The position numbers and the translations under genes were made by a program. The notes below the pieces were generated by a model. The model saw only the letters and a program-made list of their open reading frames with translations. It ran no database searches and had not been told where the DNA came from. 64,000 bases of DNA, taken from Chloroflexota bacterium (lineage in GTDB: Bacteria; Chloroflexota; UBA6077; CF-72). Of this stretch, positions 36,444 through 45,289 are shown piece by piece. The DNA lies in NCBI GenBank assembly GCA_019247515.1, contig JAFAOS010000159.1, positions 6,617-70,616 of the forward strand, read 5' to 3'. Each line of letters starts with the position of its first letter. The stretch's first letter is position 1.

Positions 36444-38909
36444 GTGAGCCATATCGTCGGACTGCTGTGGTTGATCTTCTCGCGCGAGGTCCGTCTCACC
36501 TGGCTGTTGTTCGTCAAAGAGGTGCGCGAGCTGCTGCTCAGCCGCGCGCTGTGGGCGATGGTCCTGATCAGCGCACCGCTGGTCGGCTTCAGCTTCATCC
36601 AGGCGGTGCGGCAGTACAGCGAGAACAGCGCCAGCGCGGTCAAGCTGCCGCAGCTCGCGGTCAACCAGAATCCGCTCGACGGCATCGTTATCCCCGTCTT
36701 CGGCGCCGTCTATCTGATGAACACGTTTCTGTTTCCGTTCGTCGCGATCCGCGCAATCGGCAACGAGAAGCAGTCGGGCGCCCTGAAGCTGGCCCTGCAA
36801 CTGCCGGTGGGCATGTATCGAGTCGTCGGGGTAAAGCTCGCGGCGCTGTTCGTCGGCTGGTGGATCGCACTCGTGCCAACCGTGTCCGCCCTGCTGATCT
36901 GGAGCCTGCTGCTCGGCGGCCACCTGTACTGGCCGGAACTGGTTTCGGTGCTGCTCGGCCACTGGTTGTATGCGCTGGTCATCGCCGGAGTGGCGTTCCT
37001 GGCCGCGGCACTGACCGAGTCGTCGGCGACGGCGGCCATCCTGGCGCTGGCCTTCACGCTGGCCGCGTGGATCCTGGAATTCGCCGGCAATGTGGGGACG
37101 GGCCTGGTGCGCGCCGTCTCGGCCTTTTCGCTCAGCCCGGCGCTGCGCGGACTCGAGCAGGGCCTGATCGGTTCGCCGACGGCTGTCGCCTTGGCGGTCC
37201 TGGCGTTCGGGTTTCTGGCCCTGAGCGTGGTGTGGTTGCCGCCGGGCGTGACGCGGCGCGAAAAGCTGATTCGGTCCGGGGCCGTGGCCGGCGTCGCCTT
37301 TCAGGCGCTGCTGCTCGCCATTCAGCTGCCCATCTACAAGGACGTCACCGAAGACCAGCGCAACTCCTTCAATCCCGCCGATGTGCGTGTGCTCGGCCAC
37401 ATGTCAAAAGAGCTCAAGATCGACGTCAACCTGGCGACCAATGACTCGCGGCTTGCCGACCTGCAGCGCAATGTGCTCACCAAACTGCAGCGCACCGCGC
37501 CACACGTCACGATCAACTACGCGGAGACGAGCACGTCCAGCCTGCTCGGCGGCGCCAGCGGCGCCAGCTACGGGCAGGTCACCTACACCTACGGCGGCAA
37601 GCAAGGCGCCACTCGCGCCACGACGGCTCGCGAAGTCCTGCCCCTGATCGAAGCACTCGATGGTCAGAGCGTCGTACCCGACCCAGTGAAGCCGTACGCT
37701 GGCTATCCGCTGGTCACCAGCGCGGACGGAGCGGGCGTCTGGTTCTACGCGATCCTGCCGCTGCTCGCTCTGGCGGGTTGGTGGTACTTCCAGCAACCAC
37801 CCGACGTCCCCGGCTCGGTGCGCGCTCCACGTGCGCAGCTCCGGAACCGCTGGCCCTGGCTCTCACCGCACGTCCCGGCGATGCGTAGAACGGCGATCGC
37901 CTTCGGCGCGGCCCTGGTCGCAATCCAGCTCGTGCCGTACGGTCGCGACCATACCAACGTGGGCCTCACTGCCGCCCCGCCCGCCGGCGCCGCCGCGGCG
38001 CAATGGTGTCCCACGAGCTTTGCGCCGGGTGCGGAGTCGTCGATGACGCTCGGCGCATTCCAACAGCAGATCGGCAGCATGCAATCGTCCGTGGATGGCG
38101 CGCTGGGCGCACTCTCGGTAGCGAACTACGGGTCGGTCGTCAGCCAGTACTCACAACTCGTGGCCGGTTATGCCGGCGTTCAGAGAGAGCTGGCCGAGCT
38201 GTACCCCATCCGCTGTCCGCGGCTCCTCGGCGATCGAATCACGAGCGACTCGGCCATCCTTGGCCCGCGCTTCGATCCAGACGCGGCCGCTCTCGCGCTC
38301 ACCGCGCTGCGCGCCGGCGTCGCGGGCATCGGCGCCGACCTCGACCAGCGCATCAATCAAGCCAGCCCGAATGGACTCGTCGGCAACCAGGACGAGGCCG
38401 CGGCCGATGCGCCGACCGCCACCGGCGCACCCGGCTGGGACAGTCAAGCGACGCGAGACCTGGCCACACGCGCGTGCGCCGCGTGTCACAGCAACACGCC
38501 GGGCTGGTCGTGGTACACCAACATCGCGCCGCTGTCCTGGGCAGTCCAGCACCAGCTCGATGCCGGTCGGGGCGCGTTGAATCTTTCGGAATGGGACCTG
38601 CCGCAGCCGAACGCGAGCCTGGCGGCGGCCAGCGTCGAAAATGGCAGCATGCCGCCCGCGTGGGCAGGCGCCGTCGACTCGCGGATGCAGCTGACCGACG
38701 CCGAACGCGCGCAGCTGGTGAGCGGCTTGCAGTCGACCCTGCTGAGCCGCCCCTCGCCACCAGTATCGACCCAGAGCTCAACCAGCAACCTGACGGTGGT
38801 GCTCCTGCTCGCGCTTGGCAGCGTTCTGGCTGGGCTGGCGTACGCCTTTGCAGCCCGTCCGCGCCAGGCCACGCCCAGCGGTACCCTTTCAGCCCGGAGG
38901 AACGTGTAG
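36444..38909 (+). CDS. Fusion membrane protein: ABC-2-type permease + GldG-like domain + unknown domain + CxxCH haem-binding domain (Haem_bd-like) + C-terminal TM anchor
   Basis: Multiple N-terminal TM helices (WAMVLISAPLVGFSF..., LAALFVGWWIALVPTVSALLIW...). The middle segment is KELKIDVNLATNDSRLADLQRNVLTKLQRTAPHVTINYAE. The C-terminus is RACAACHSNTPGWSWYTNIAPLSWAVQHQLDAGRGALNLSEWD...NGSMPPAW. A GTG 36444 start is chosen; the track ORF starts at 36201 inside the divergent RR gene. Confidence 0.7.
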   Translation: MSHIVGLLWLIFSREVRLTWLLFVKEVRELLLSRALWAMVLISAPLVGFSFIQAVRQYSENSASAVKLPQLAVNQNPLDGIVIPVFGAVYLMNTFLFPFVAIRAIGNEKQSGALKLALQLPVGMYRVVGVKLAALFVGWWIALVPTVSALLIWSLLLGGHLYWPELVSVLLGHWLYALVIAGVAFLAAALTESSATAAILALAFTLAAWILEFAGNVGTGLVRAVSAFSLSPALRGLEQGLIGSPTAVALAVLAFGFLALSVVWLPPGVTRREKLIRSGAVAGVAFQALLLAIQLPIYKDVTEDQRNSFNPADVRVLGHMSKELKIDVNLATNDSRLADLQRNVLTKLQRTAPHVTINYAETSTSSLLGGASGASYGQVTYTYGGKQGATRATTAREVLPLIEALDGQSVVPDPVKPYAGYPLVTSADGAGVWFYAILPLLALAGWWYFQQPPDVPGSVRAPRAQLRNRWPWLSPHVPAMRRTAIAFGAALVAIQLVPYGRDHTNVGLTAAPPAGAAAAQWCPTSFAPGAESSMTLGAFQQQIGSMQSSVDGALGALSVANYGSVVSQYSQLVAGYAGVQRELAELYPIRCPRLLGDRITSDSAILGPRFDPDAAALALTALRAGVAGIGADLDQRINQASPNGLVGNQDEAAADAPTATGAPGWDSQATRDLATRACAACHSNTPGWSWYTNIAPLSWAVQHQLDAGRGALNLSEWDLPQPNASLAAASVENGSMPPAWAGAVDSRMQLTDAERAQLVSGLQSTLLSRPSPPVSTQSSTSNLTVVLLLALGSVLAGLAYAFAARPRQATPSGTLSARRNV

Positions 38910-38912
38910 CTC

Positions 38913-39665
38913 ATGCGGCGTTTGTCTGCTTCGGCGACCCTGCCACTCCTCGTCGGTTTGGCGATGGTGCTCCTCCCGACGGTGGCCGGCGCTCAAAGCT
39001 CCACGGCAATCACCGAAGACTTCACCGAGGAGCACGTGGGCGCCGCGCCGACCTCATTCAGCACACCCAGCGGCTGGTGGTCGATGGGCACGGATGGCGT
39101 CGATACCAAGCCCGTGCTGTTCGAGGACGGGACGCGCTATTCCGCCGCGACGAACACCAACAGTTTGGCCGCCCAGGCGCAGGCTCAGGCGCAGGGTCAG
39201 AACCTCCACCAACTGGCGGATACTGCCTCCGGTCTGGCGTACTACCCGATCGCGATATTCAACAAAGTGCCCGACTTCACCCAGGGGACCATTCTGACCC
39301 GCTTTGCGATTGTGGGCGGCGACCTGGACACGGAAGCCGGCGTCGTTTTCGGCTATCAGCCCGACGGCGATTTCCTGGCGCTCCGACTGGACGCTGACGA
39401 AGGCCGGCTCGAGCTGTACCAGTTCACTCAGGGCCAGGCCAGCGCGCTGAACGTCGTGCAGAACGTGCCCGCGGACCTCGCGCGCTGGCACGACCTGCAG
39501 CTCACCGTCGCCCCGGGCGGCACGCACGTCACGGGCTCTCTGGACGGCCAGACATACCTGCAAGCCGATCTTGGCAGCCCGGTCTCAGGACAGGTGGGTG
39601 CGCTGGCAAAGACCGATTCGGTGGACGTCTTCGACAGCTTCACCGTCGATCCCAACGGCGAGTAA
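38913..39665 (+). CDS. Secreted protein, probable concanavalin/LamG-like (DUF1080-like) jelly-roll
   Basis: Signal peptide MRRLSASATLPLLVGLAMVLLPTVAGAQS. GGAGG lies 12 nt upstream of the ATG. The C-terminal pattern WHDLQLTVAPGGTHVTGSLDGQTYLQADL...VGALAKTDSVDVFDSFTV resembles DUF1080-type beta-sandwiches. The family call is tentative. Confidence 0.5.
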   Translation: MRRLSASATLPLLVGLAMVLLPTVAGAQSSTAITEDFTEEHVGAAPTSFSTPSGWWSMGTDGVDTKPVLFEDGTRYSAATNTNSLAAQAQAQAQGQNLHQLADTASGLAYYPIAIFNKVPDFTQGTILTRFAIVGGDLDTEAGVVFGYQPDGDFLALRLDADEGRLELYQFTQGQASALNVVQNVPADLARWHDLQLTVAPGGTHVTGSLDGQTYLQADLGSPVSGQVGALAKTDSVDVFDSFTVDPNGE

Positions 39666-39680
39666 TTCGCGAGCGGGCCG

Positions 39681-41462
39681 ATGAGCATCGCCACCTCGGT
39701 CCAGACACGTGGGCCGACTCGCCAGAGCGCCGTCGCGGCGGCCGAGGAGCTGACGTGGCTCAGTCGTTACGTGATCCTGGCGATCGTGTGCGTCGGGGTG
39801 TTCATGAACACGCTCGACAGCGGCATCGTCGACGTGCTCAACCCGGTCTTCGTGGCCCAGTACCACCTGCAACTGTCTCAGGAGTACTGGATCGAGCTGG
39901 CATACGCGATTCCGCTCATCGGCATGTTGCTGCCCGCCGGCCACCTGGGCGACCGCTTCGGGCGCAAGACCGTCTTTCTCGGCGGCATGGTCCTGTTCGG
40001 CAGCGGATCGGGGCTGCTGACGCTCATGCCCACCTTTGAAACCATGTTTGCCGCGCGCGTGGTGCAGGGCGTCGGCGCCGCCTGCATCTCGGCCAATGGC
40101 GGCGTGCTGGCCGTCTCGGTCTTTCCATGGAAACAGCGGGGCCAGGTGCTCGGCATCATCGGCACCGCGGTCGCCCTCGGGCTGAAAATGGGCCCGCTGG
40201 CGGGCGGCGTGCTCGCCGACAACTTCGGCTGGCGCTCCGCGTTTCTGGTGAACGTGGTGCTGGGCATCATCTTCGTGCTGATTGGCACGGCGGTGCTGCC
40301 GGCGAGCAAGCGCATCACCGGCCGCAAATTCGACGTCTGGAGCCCGGCTTTCTTCATGGCCGCGGTCGCCTGTTTTCTGCTGCTGGTCAACCAGGGGCCG
40401 ACATGGGGGTGGAGCGACGCGCGGTTCGTGTGGGTCACGCTCGGCTTTCTGGTGTCTGGCGCCGCGTTCGTCTGGGTCGCCACCCACGTCTCCGATCCGA
40501 CGATCGACCTGTCGCTGTACCGAAGCCGCAACTTCACGGTCGCGGTGGTCGCCGCGTTCATCAGTTTCGTGGCTCTGACCCCGGTGAACCAGCTGATCCC
40601 GTTCTACATGGAAGACGTGCAGGGCCTGCACGTGAGTGAGACGGGCCTCATTTTCATCACCACCACGCTGGCGATCGCCCTCACCCAGCCGTTCAGCGGG
40701 CGTCTGGCCGACCGCATCGGCTCGCGGCCGGTAGCCTCGACCGGGCTGTTGATGCAGGGTTTTGGGCTGCTGGCCCTATGCCTGATCCCGCTCAACATGA
40801 ATCCCGACTGGCTGGTGCCCGAGCTGGCGCTGGTCGGCTTCGGGGTGGGCCTGTTCCGGTCGCCGAACCACCGGGCGTTGTTCGGGTCGGTGCCAAAGGA
40901 CAAGATGGGCCAGGCTGGCGGGTACCAGCATCTGCCGCGGCAACTGGGCGAGTCGATCGGTGAAACGGGGGTGGTGACGCTGTTCACGGCGGTCGTGCTG
41001 GCGAGCGCGTCGATGGCTGGGGTGCAGATGGCGGCGCCGGCGCCAACGCCCACGGCCGTGCCGACGCCAGCGCCGCAAGCCGGCGCGGGGCTCAAGCCAA
41101 ACGTGGTGATCCAGCCATACGTACCCGCTGCGCGGTCCATCCCGCCCGCCATCGGCGCTGCCGCCGTGTCGCCGCCTGGCGCCGTGTCGCCGGCGTCTGG
41201 GTCACCCGTACCCGCCGCGACGACCGCCGCCGGCGCCTCGGTCGTGGACACCAACACCTCCGATGACCTCGCAAACATCGTCGACGTCCCCGACGACAGC
41301 TCCGACACCGGCAATTCCGGCGACCTGTCGCCGGCCGTCACCTCCCTGCCCGCCGGCGTGCAGCTCGACGGCTACCGCCTGATGTGGGGCCTGGCCGGCA
41401 TCCTCGCGCTCGCCGGCGCCGGCCTGTCGTTCTTCGGCCGCGACGAGGCCGAAGCCGACTAG
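39681..41462 (+). CDS. MFS transporter, DHA2 (EmrB/QacA) type, with a long Pro/Ala-rich insert before the last TM helix
   Basis: Motif A GHLGDRFGRKTVFLGG and multiple TM segments. A low-complexity segment of ~150 aa (APAPTPTAVPTPAPQAGAG...SDTGNSGDLSPAV) is followed by LMWGLAGILALAGAGLSFF. Confidence 0.85.
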   Translation: MSIATSVQTRGPTRQSAVAAAEELTWLSRYVILAIVCVGVFMNTLDSGIVDVLNPVFVAQYHLQLSQEYWIELAYAIPLIGMLLPAGHLGDRFGRKTVFLGGMVLFGSGSGLLTLMPTFETMFAARVVQGVGAACISANGGVLAVSVFPWKQRGQVLGIIGTAVALGLKMGPLAGGVLADNFGWRSAFLVNVVLGIIFVLIGTAVLPASKRITGRKFDVWSPAFFMAAVACFLLLVNQGPTWGWSDARFVWVTLGFLVSGAAFVWVATHVSDPTIDLSLYRSRNFTVAVVAAFISFVALTPVNQLIPFYMEDVQGLHVSETGLIFITTTLAIALTQPFSGRLADRIGSRPVASTGLLMQGFGLLALCLIPLNMNPDWLVPELALVGFGVGLFRSPNHRALFGSVPKDKMGQAGGYQHLPRQLGESIGETGVVTLFTAVVLASASMAGVQMAAPAPTPTAVPTPAPQAGAGLKPNVVIQPYVPAARSIPPAIGAAAVSPPGAVSPASGSPVPAATTAAGASVVDTNTSDDLANIVDVPDDSSDTGNSGDLSPAVTSLPAGVQLDGYRLMWGLAGILALAGAGLSFFGRDEAEAD

Positions 41463-42154
41463 CGGTACTGCGTCACGCGGTCGAACTGCTTGACAAAGTC
41501 GTCGCTGAGGATCTCGGCGAGTCGCTCCTCCTCCATGGCGCGGTGCTCGCGCGCCTTGGCGGCCACCTGGCCCGCGATTTCGGCGGGGATCACCGTGATG
41601 CCGTTTTCGTCGCCATGCAGCAGGTCACCGGGTCGCACTTCCATGCCGTCGATGTTGACCGTGGCGCCCACGTCGTAGATGCTCGGCCGCCCGTGGGCCA
41701 CCACCAGGCCGCGGCCGTAGTAGTGGAATCCGCGCAGCGCGTTGATTTCGCGAATGTCGCGCAGCCCGCCGTTGGTCACCAGGCCTACCGCGCCGACCCG
41801 CTTCATGGTCGTCGCCATCATCTCGCCCGCGTGACATGCCAGGTGCAGTCGCGACGGATCGCCGTCGTCGCCGATGACGACCACCACGGGCAGCGGCTGC
41901 ATGGCGTGGATGGCCCGATACAGCTCGGTGTGTTCGCGGCGGTCCTTGTCCTCGGTCGTGCTGTCGCCCTTGCAGGTGACCGCGTAGCCGAGCATGAAGC
42001 CGGCGTCGGGCGTCAGGCAGCGCACGTTTGAGCCGCAGTAGCCGGCCACGCGCGGACGGATGCTGAAGTACTCGATAGCGTTGGCAATCGTCGGACTGTC
42101 GATAGCCCGAAGCTCGTCCAGTTGCTCGCTGGTGAGTTGCACGTTGGCGACCAT
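41459..42154 (-). CDS. RraA-family protein (RraA / class II HMG-CHA-aldolase-like fold)
   Basis: 231 aa from ATG 42154, with IDSPTIANAIEYF, GEMMATTMKRVGAVGLVTNGGLRD and VRPGDLLHGDENGITVIP. The 416-aa track ORF is an upstream extension over the MBL gene. Confidence 0.75.
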   Translation of the reverse strand: MVANVQLTSEQLDELRAIDSPTIANAIEYFSIRPRVAGYCGSNVRCLTPDAGFMLGYAVTCKGDSTTEDKDRREHTELYRAIHAMQPLPVVVVIGDDGDPSRLHLACHAGEMMATTMKRVGAVGLVTNGGLRDIREINALRGFHYYGRGLVVAHGRPSIYDVGATVNIDGMEVRPGDLLHGDENGITVIPAEIAGQVAAKAREHRAMEEERLAEILSDDFVKQFDRVTQYR

Positions 42155-42168
42155 GATTGCCCGACAGC

Positions 42169-43125
42169 TTACTCCGCGAGCGCGTACCTGATGGTGTGCG
42201 CGCTTTCGAGGGCGCGCAGGCGTCCCAGGCTCTCGAGAAAGCGCAACCGCGCGAGCACCAGGCTTAACTGGTAGCGGGTGGCGATCGGGCGCCGGTCGCG
42301 CAGCGCGCTCAGCGTCAGCAATTCGTAGGCGGTAGCCGGCCCGCCGCGCAGGTGAGCCTGGATCAAGTCGAGCTGGTGCTGGATCTCTGCCTGGATCTGG
42401 TCGAGGCGCTGACGCAGGTGATGGAACGGTCGGCCGTGACCGGGCAGGACCGTCTGGACGGTTTTCGACCTGAGCTTGTCGACGGAGGCCAGGTACTCGC
42501 CGAGGGGATTGTCGTGCTCGGCGTTGCGCACCGAAACCGGCGTGGGCGCGCGGCGCATGACGTGGTCGGTGGTGAACAACAGGCCGCGACTCGGCTCGTG
42601 CAGGCAGATCAGGCCCGGCGTGTGGCCAGGGCACCACACGACGTGCAGATCGAGGTTGCCCCAGCACAGCCGCTCGCCGTCCTCGAGAGCTCGGGTCGGC
42701 TTGGGCCATGCGAAGCTGCGCCAGGTGAAACCGCGCGGTCCGCCATCCGGCGGGAGGCCGTGACGGTGGAGGAAGGCGTCGTCGAAGGCCTGGTTGCCGC
42801 CCGCGGTGGTCTCGAGGTGATGCGCCAGCACCTGGCCGCCGCGGTCGAGGACGGCCTGGGCCGCGCCGACGTGATCGTTGTGGCCGTGGGTCACCAGCAG
42901 TCCACGCACGTCTCGGTCGAAGTCGTAGCCGATGGTCCTGATCCCGGCGCGCAACGTGGCCTGGGCCTGCTCCGAGCCCAGGCCGCCGTCGACGAGAAAC
43001 AGCCCGTCGCGGCCGATACTGACGTACGAGTTGACAGGCGAGCCGTCTTGCAACGGCAGCGGAATCACGTACAGGTCATCAGCCAGGCGCTCGGGCTCGT
43101 ACGAAAACTGCTTGCGGCCACTCAC
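42169..43125 (-). CDS. MBL-fold metallo-hydrolase with C-terminal winged-helix-like tail
   Basis: LLVTHGHNDHVGAAQAV (HxHxDH), VVWCPGHTPG and TVLPGHG. Confidence 0.8.
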   Translation of the reverse strand: MSGRKQFSYEPERLADDLYVIPLPLQDGSPVNSYVSIGRDGLFLVDGGLGSEQAQATLRAGIRTIGYDFDRDVRGLLVTHGHNDHVGAAQAVLDRGGQVLAHHLETTAGGNQAFDDAFLHRHGLPPDGGPRGFTWRSFAWPKPTRALEDGERLCWGNLDLHVVWCPGHTPGLICLHEPSRGLLFTTDHVMRRAPTPVSVRNAEHDNPLGEYLASVDKLRSKTVQTVLPGHGRPFHHLRQRLDQIQAEIQHQLDLIQAHLRGGPATAYELLTLSALRDRRPIATRYQLSLVLARLRFLESLGRLRALESAHTIRYALAE

Positions 43126-43131
43126 GGGTGC

Positions 43132-44448
43132 CTACAGCGTAGTGAATTCGAAGCCGAGACCACTCCCTCTCCCTCTGGGAGAGGTGGAGGGAATCTGCCA
43201 CGGATCGTAGTCAACCTCCAGCGGCTCCTGGGCTGGCCTCTGCGCTTCGGGCACGTTTCGAAGGTTCACGCGAATCCGCGTCCACGTCTGCGAGCGGCCG
43301 CGCATCGAGTCCACCAGGACGTCGTTCGGCGCCAACAACGGCCACACCTCGGGATGCCGCGCGCGCCAGCGCTCCAGGCCCTCCATGGCCTCCTTCTGCG
43401 TTGGGGCGCGGGCGATTTCGATGAGCGGCGCGGTCGTGCGCCGCCGACCGGTCGGCCCCACGTCTTTGCCGGGCGCCGGCGGCGGCACCGCTCCAGGGCG
43501 AAACGCGCCGCGCGCGGGTGGCTCCTCGGCGCCTGCCTGCGCCTGCCGCTCGAAAAGCTCGAGCAGCGGCTCGAGCGAGCCGACCGCGGCGTCGATGCCG
43601 TCCCCGGGGTCGCCGAGCGCCGCGTACCGCGCCGGCACGCTGTCGATGGTGAACGACGCCGGCTCGCACGCGGCGACCTCGTCCCAGCGCAACGGCGCCG
43701 ACACCCGCGCCTCCGCCGTCGGCCGCACCGAATACGCCGAGGCCATGGTGTGGTCCCTGGCGTTCTGGTTGTAGTCGACGAACACGCCGTGGCGCTCTTC
43801 CTTCCACCACTTGCTGGTCGCCAGCTCGGGCGCCCGCCGCTCGACTTCGCGCGCGAGCGCCAGCGCGGCGCGTCGGACCTCGGCAAACGTCCAGCGCCGC
43901 TCGATCCGACAGAACACGTGAAACCCGCGCGACCCGGAGGTCTTGGGCCAGCCGCGCAACCCGAAGTCCGTCAGCACGTCGCCAATGACCAGCGCGACCT
44001 CCCGCACCTGCGGCCAGGCCACGCCGCGCACGGGGTCCAGGTCCACGCGCAGCTCGTCCGGATGATCCAGGTCGTCGGCGCGCACCGGATGCGGGTTCAG
44101 GTCCATGCAGCCCAGGTTGACGACCCAGATCAGCTGGGCCGCGTCGCGTACGACGATCTCCGCCGCCGTGCGCCCGGACGGATAGCTCAGCTCGACCGTC
44201 TCGATCCACTCGGGGCGCGAGTCCGGTGCGCGCTTCTGGAAGAACGGCTCCGCCTCAGCGCCGTTGACGAATCGCTTCAGGGCCATCGGCCGCCCGTCGA
44301 CGCCGCGGATGGCCCCGTCGGCCACGGCCAGGTAGTAGTTGACCAGGTCCAGCTTGGTGTGGCCCGTCCTGGGGAAGAACACCTTGTCTGGATTGCTGAT
44401 CGCTACCTCGCGGCCTTCGATCTCCAGGGAAACGCTGCGTTTCGGCAC
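43132..44448 (-). CDS. Stand-alone LigD-type AEP primase-polymerase (NHEJ polymerase domain) with ~135-aa C-terminal extension
   Basis: ISNPDKVFFPRTGHTKLDLVNYY, FFQKRAP, DELRVDLDP, KTSGSRGFHVF and VFVDYNQNARDHTMASAYSVRP are PolDom motifs. No ligase or nuclease domain and no Ku gene are present in the window. The last ~12 codons are encoded by a REP copy. Confidence 0.85.
   Translation of the reverse strand: MPKRSVSLEIEGREVAISNPDKVFFPRTGHTKLDLVNYYLAVADGAIRGVDGRPMALKRFVNGAEAEPFFQKRAPDSRPEWIETVELSYPSGRTAAEIVVRDAAQLIWVVNLGCMDLNPHPVRADDLDHPDELRVDLDPVRGVAWPQVREVALVIGDVLTDFGLRGWPKTSGSRGFHVFCRIERRWTFAEVRRAALALAREVERRAPELATSKWWKEERHGVFVDYNQNARDHTMASAYSVRPTAEARVSAPLRWDEVAACEPASFTIDSVPARYAALGDPGDGIDAAVGSLEPLLELFERQAQAGAEEPPARGAFRPGAVPPPAPGKDVGPTGRRRTTAPLIEIARAPTQKEAMEGLERWRARHPEVWPLLAPNDVLVDSMRGRSQTWTRIRVNLRNVPEAQRPAQEPLEVDYDPWQIPSTSPRGRGSGLGFEFTTL
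43160..43192. repeat. REP-like family 1, single partial copy inside the 3' end of the PolDom ORF
   Basis: ccaCTCCCTCTCCCTCTGGGAGAGGtggaggg. Confidence 0.8.
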
Positions 44449-44524
44449 GACACCCGACTTTGCGACACGCTACAAGGGATTGCTCCTCGCGTACCACGAC
44501 CACTACCTTTGTACTGAGAAACCA

Positions 44525-45289
44525 ATGAAGATCCTGGTCATTGACGTGGGCGGTTCGCACGTGAAGGTGCTGGTTACGGGCGAGTCGCTGCCCCGCCGCG
44601 TAGTCTCCGGTCCCCAGATGAGCGCGGCGGCGATGGTGGAGGGCGTCAAAAGCATCACGACCGATTGGGCATACGACGTCGTGTCGCTGGGTTACCCCGG
44701 CCAGGTGGTGCACAACCTGCCGGCCCACGACCCGGTCAATCTCGGGCATGGCTGGGCGGGCTTCGACTACCCCGCCGCGTTCGGCTGCCCCGTGCGCATC
44801 ATCAACGACGCGGCGATGCAGGCGCTCGGCAGCTACAAGGGCGGACGGATGCTGTTCATGGGCGTCGGCACCGGGCTGGGGTCGGCCATGATCGTCGATG
44901 GCCAACTCGAACCGATGGAGCTCGGCCACCTGGTTTACAAGAGAAAACTCACCTACGAGGACTACGTCGGTGAGCGCGGCCTGCTGCGCCTGGGCAAAAA
45001 GGCGTGGCGGCGTGAGGTGTACGCGGTGATCGACGCGTTTCGCGCGGCGTTGATGCCCGACTACATCGTGCTGGGTGGCGGCAACGCCAAACTCATGAAG
45101 GAGCTGCCGCCCGACGTGCAGCTGGGCGACAACGCCAATGCCTTCATCGGCGGCTTTCGCATGTGGGACGACATGGCGCACGCGGCGGAAGGCACGCCGT
45201 ACGCGGAGCGCAGCGAGATGGTGAAGCCAATCTCCGAGAAGCCCCTGAGCGGCGAGCCGCCGGCACAGCCCGATGGCCGCGGTAACTGA
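44525..45289 (+). CDS. ROK-family / polyphosphate-glucokinase-like sugar kinase
   Basis: 254 aa from ATG 44525. [15 protein letters not shown] is the ASKHA phosphate-1 motif, with [11 protein letters not shown] and [14 protein letters not shown]. It overlaps pgi by 17 nt. Confidence 0.7.
   Translation: MKILVIDVGGSHVKVLVTGESLPRRVVSGPQMSAAAMVEGVKSITTDWAYDVVSLGYPGQVVHNLPAHDPVNLGHGWAGFDYPAAFGCPVRIINDAAMQALGSYKGGRMLFMGVGTGLGSAMIVDGQLEPMELGHLVYKRKLTYEDYVGERGLLRLGKKAWRREVYAVIDAFRAALMPDYIVLGGGNAKLMKELPPDVQLGDNANAFIGGFRMWDDMAHAAEGTPYAERSEMVKPISEKPLSGEPPAQPDGRGN

Noticed and set aside
35408-37444. A 678-aa plus-strand ORF spanning the ABC ATPase, RR and the start of the permease
   Set aside because: It crosses three well-supported genes in other frames or strands and has Arg/Ala/Gly-rich junk composition.
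42352-44517. A 721-aa plus-strand ORF opposite the MBL and PolDom genes
   Set aside because: It is an antisense shadow with no motifs.
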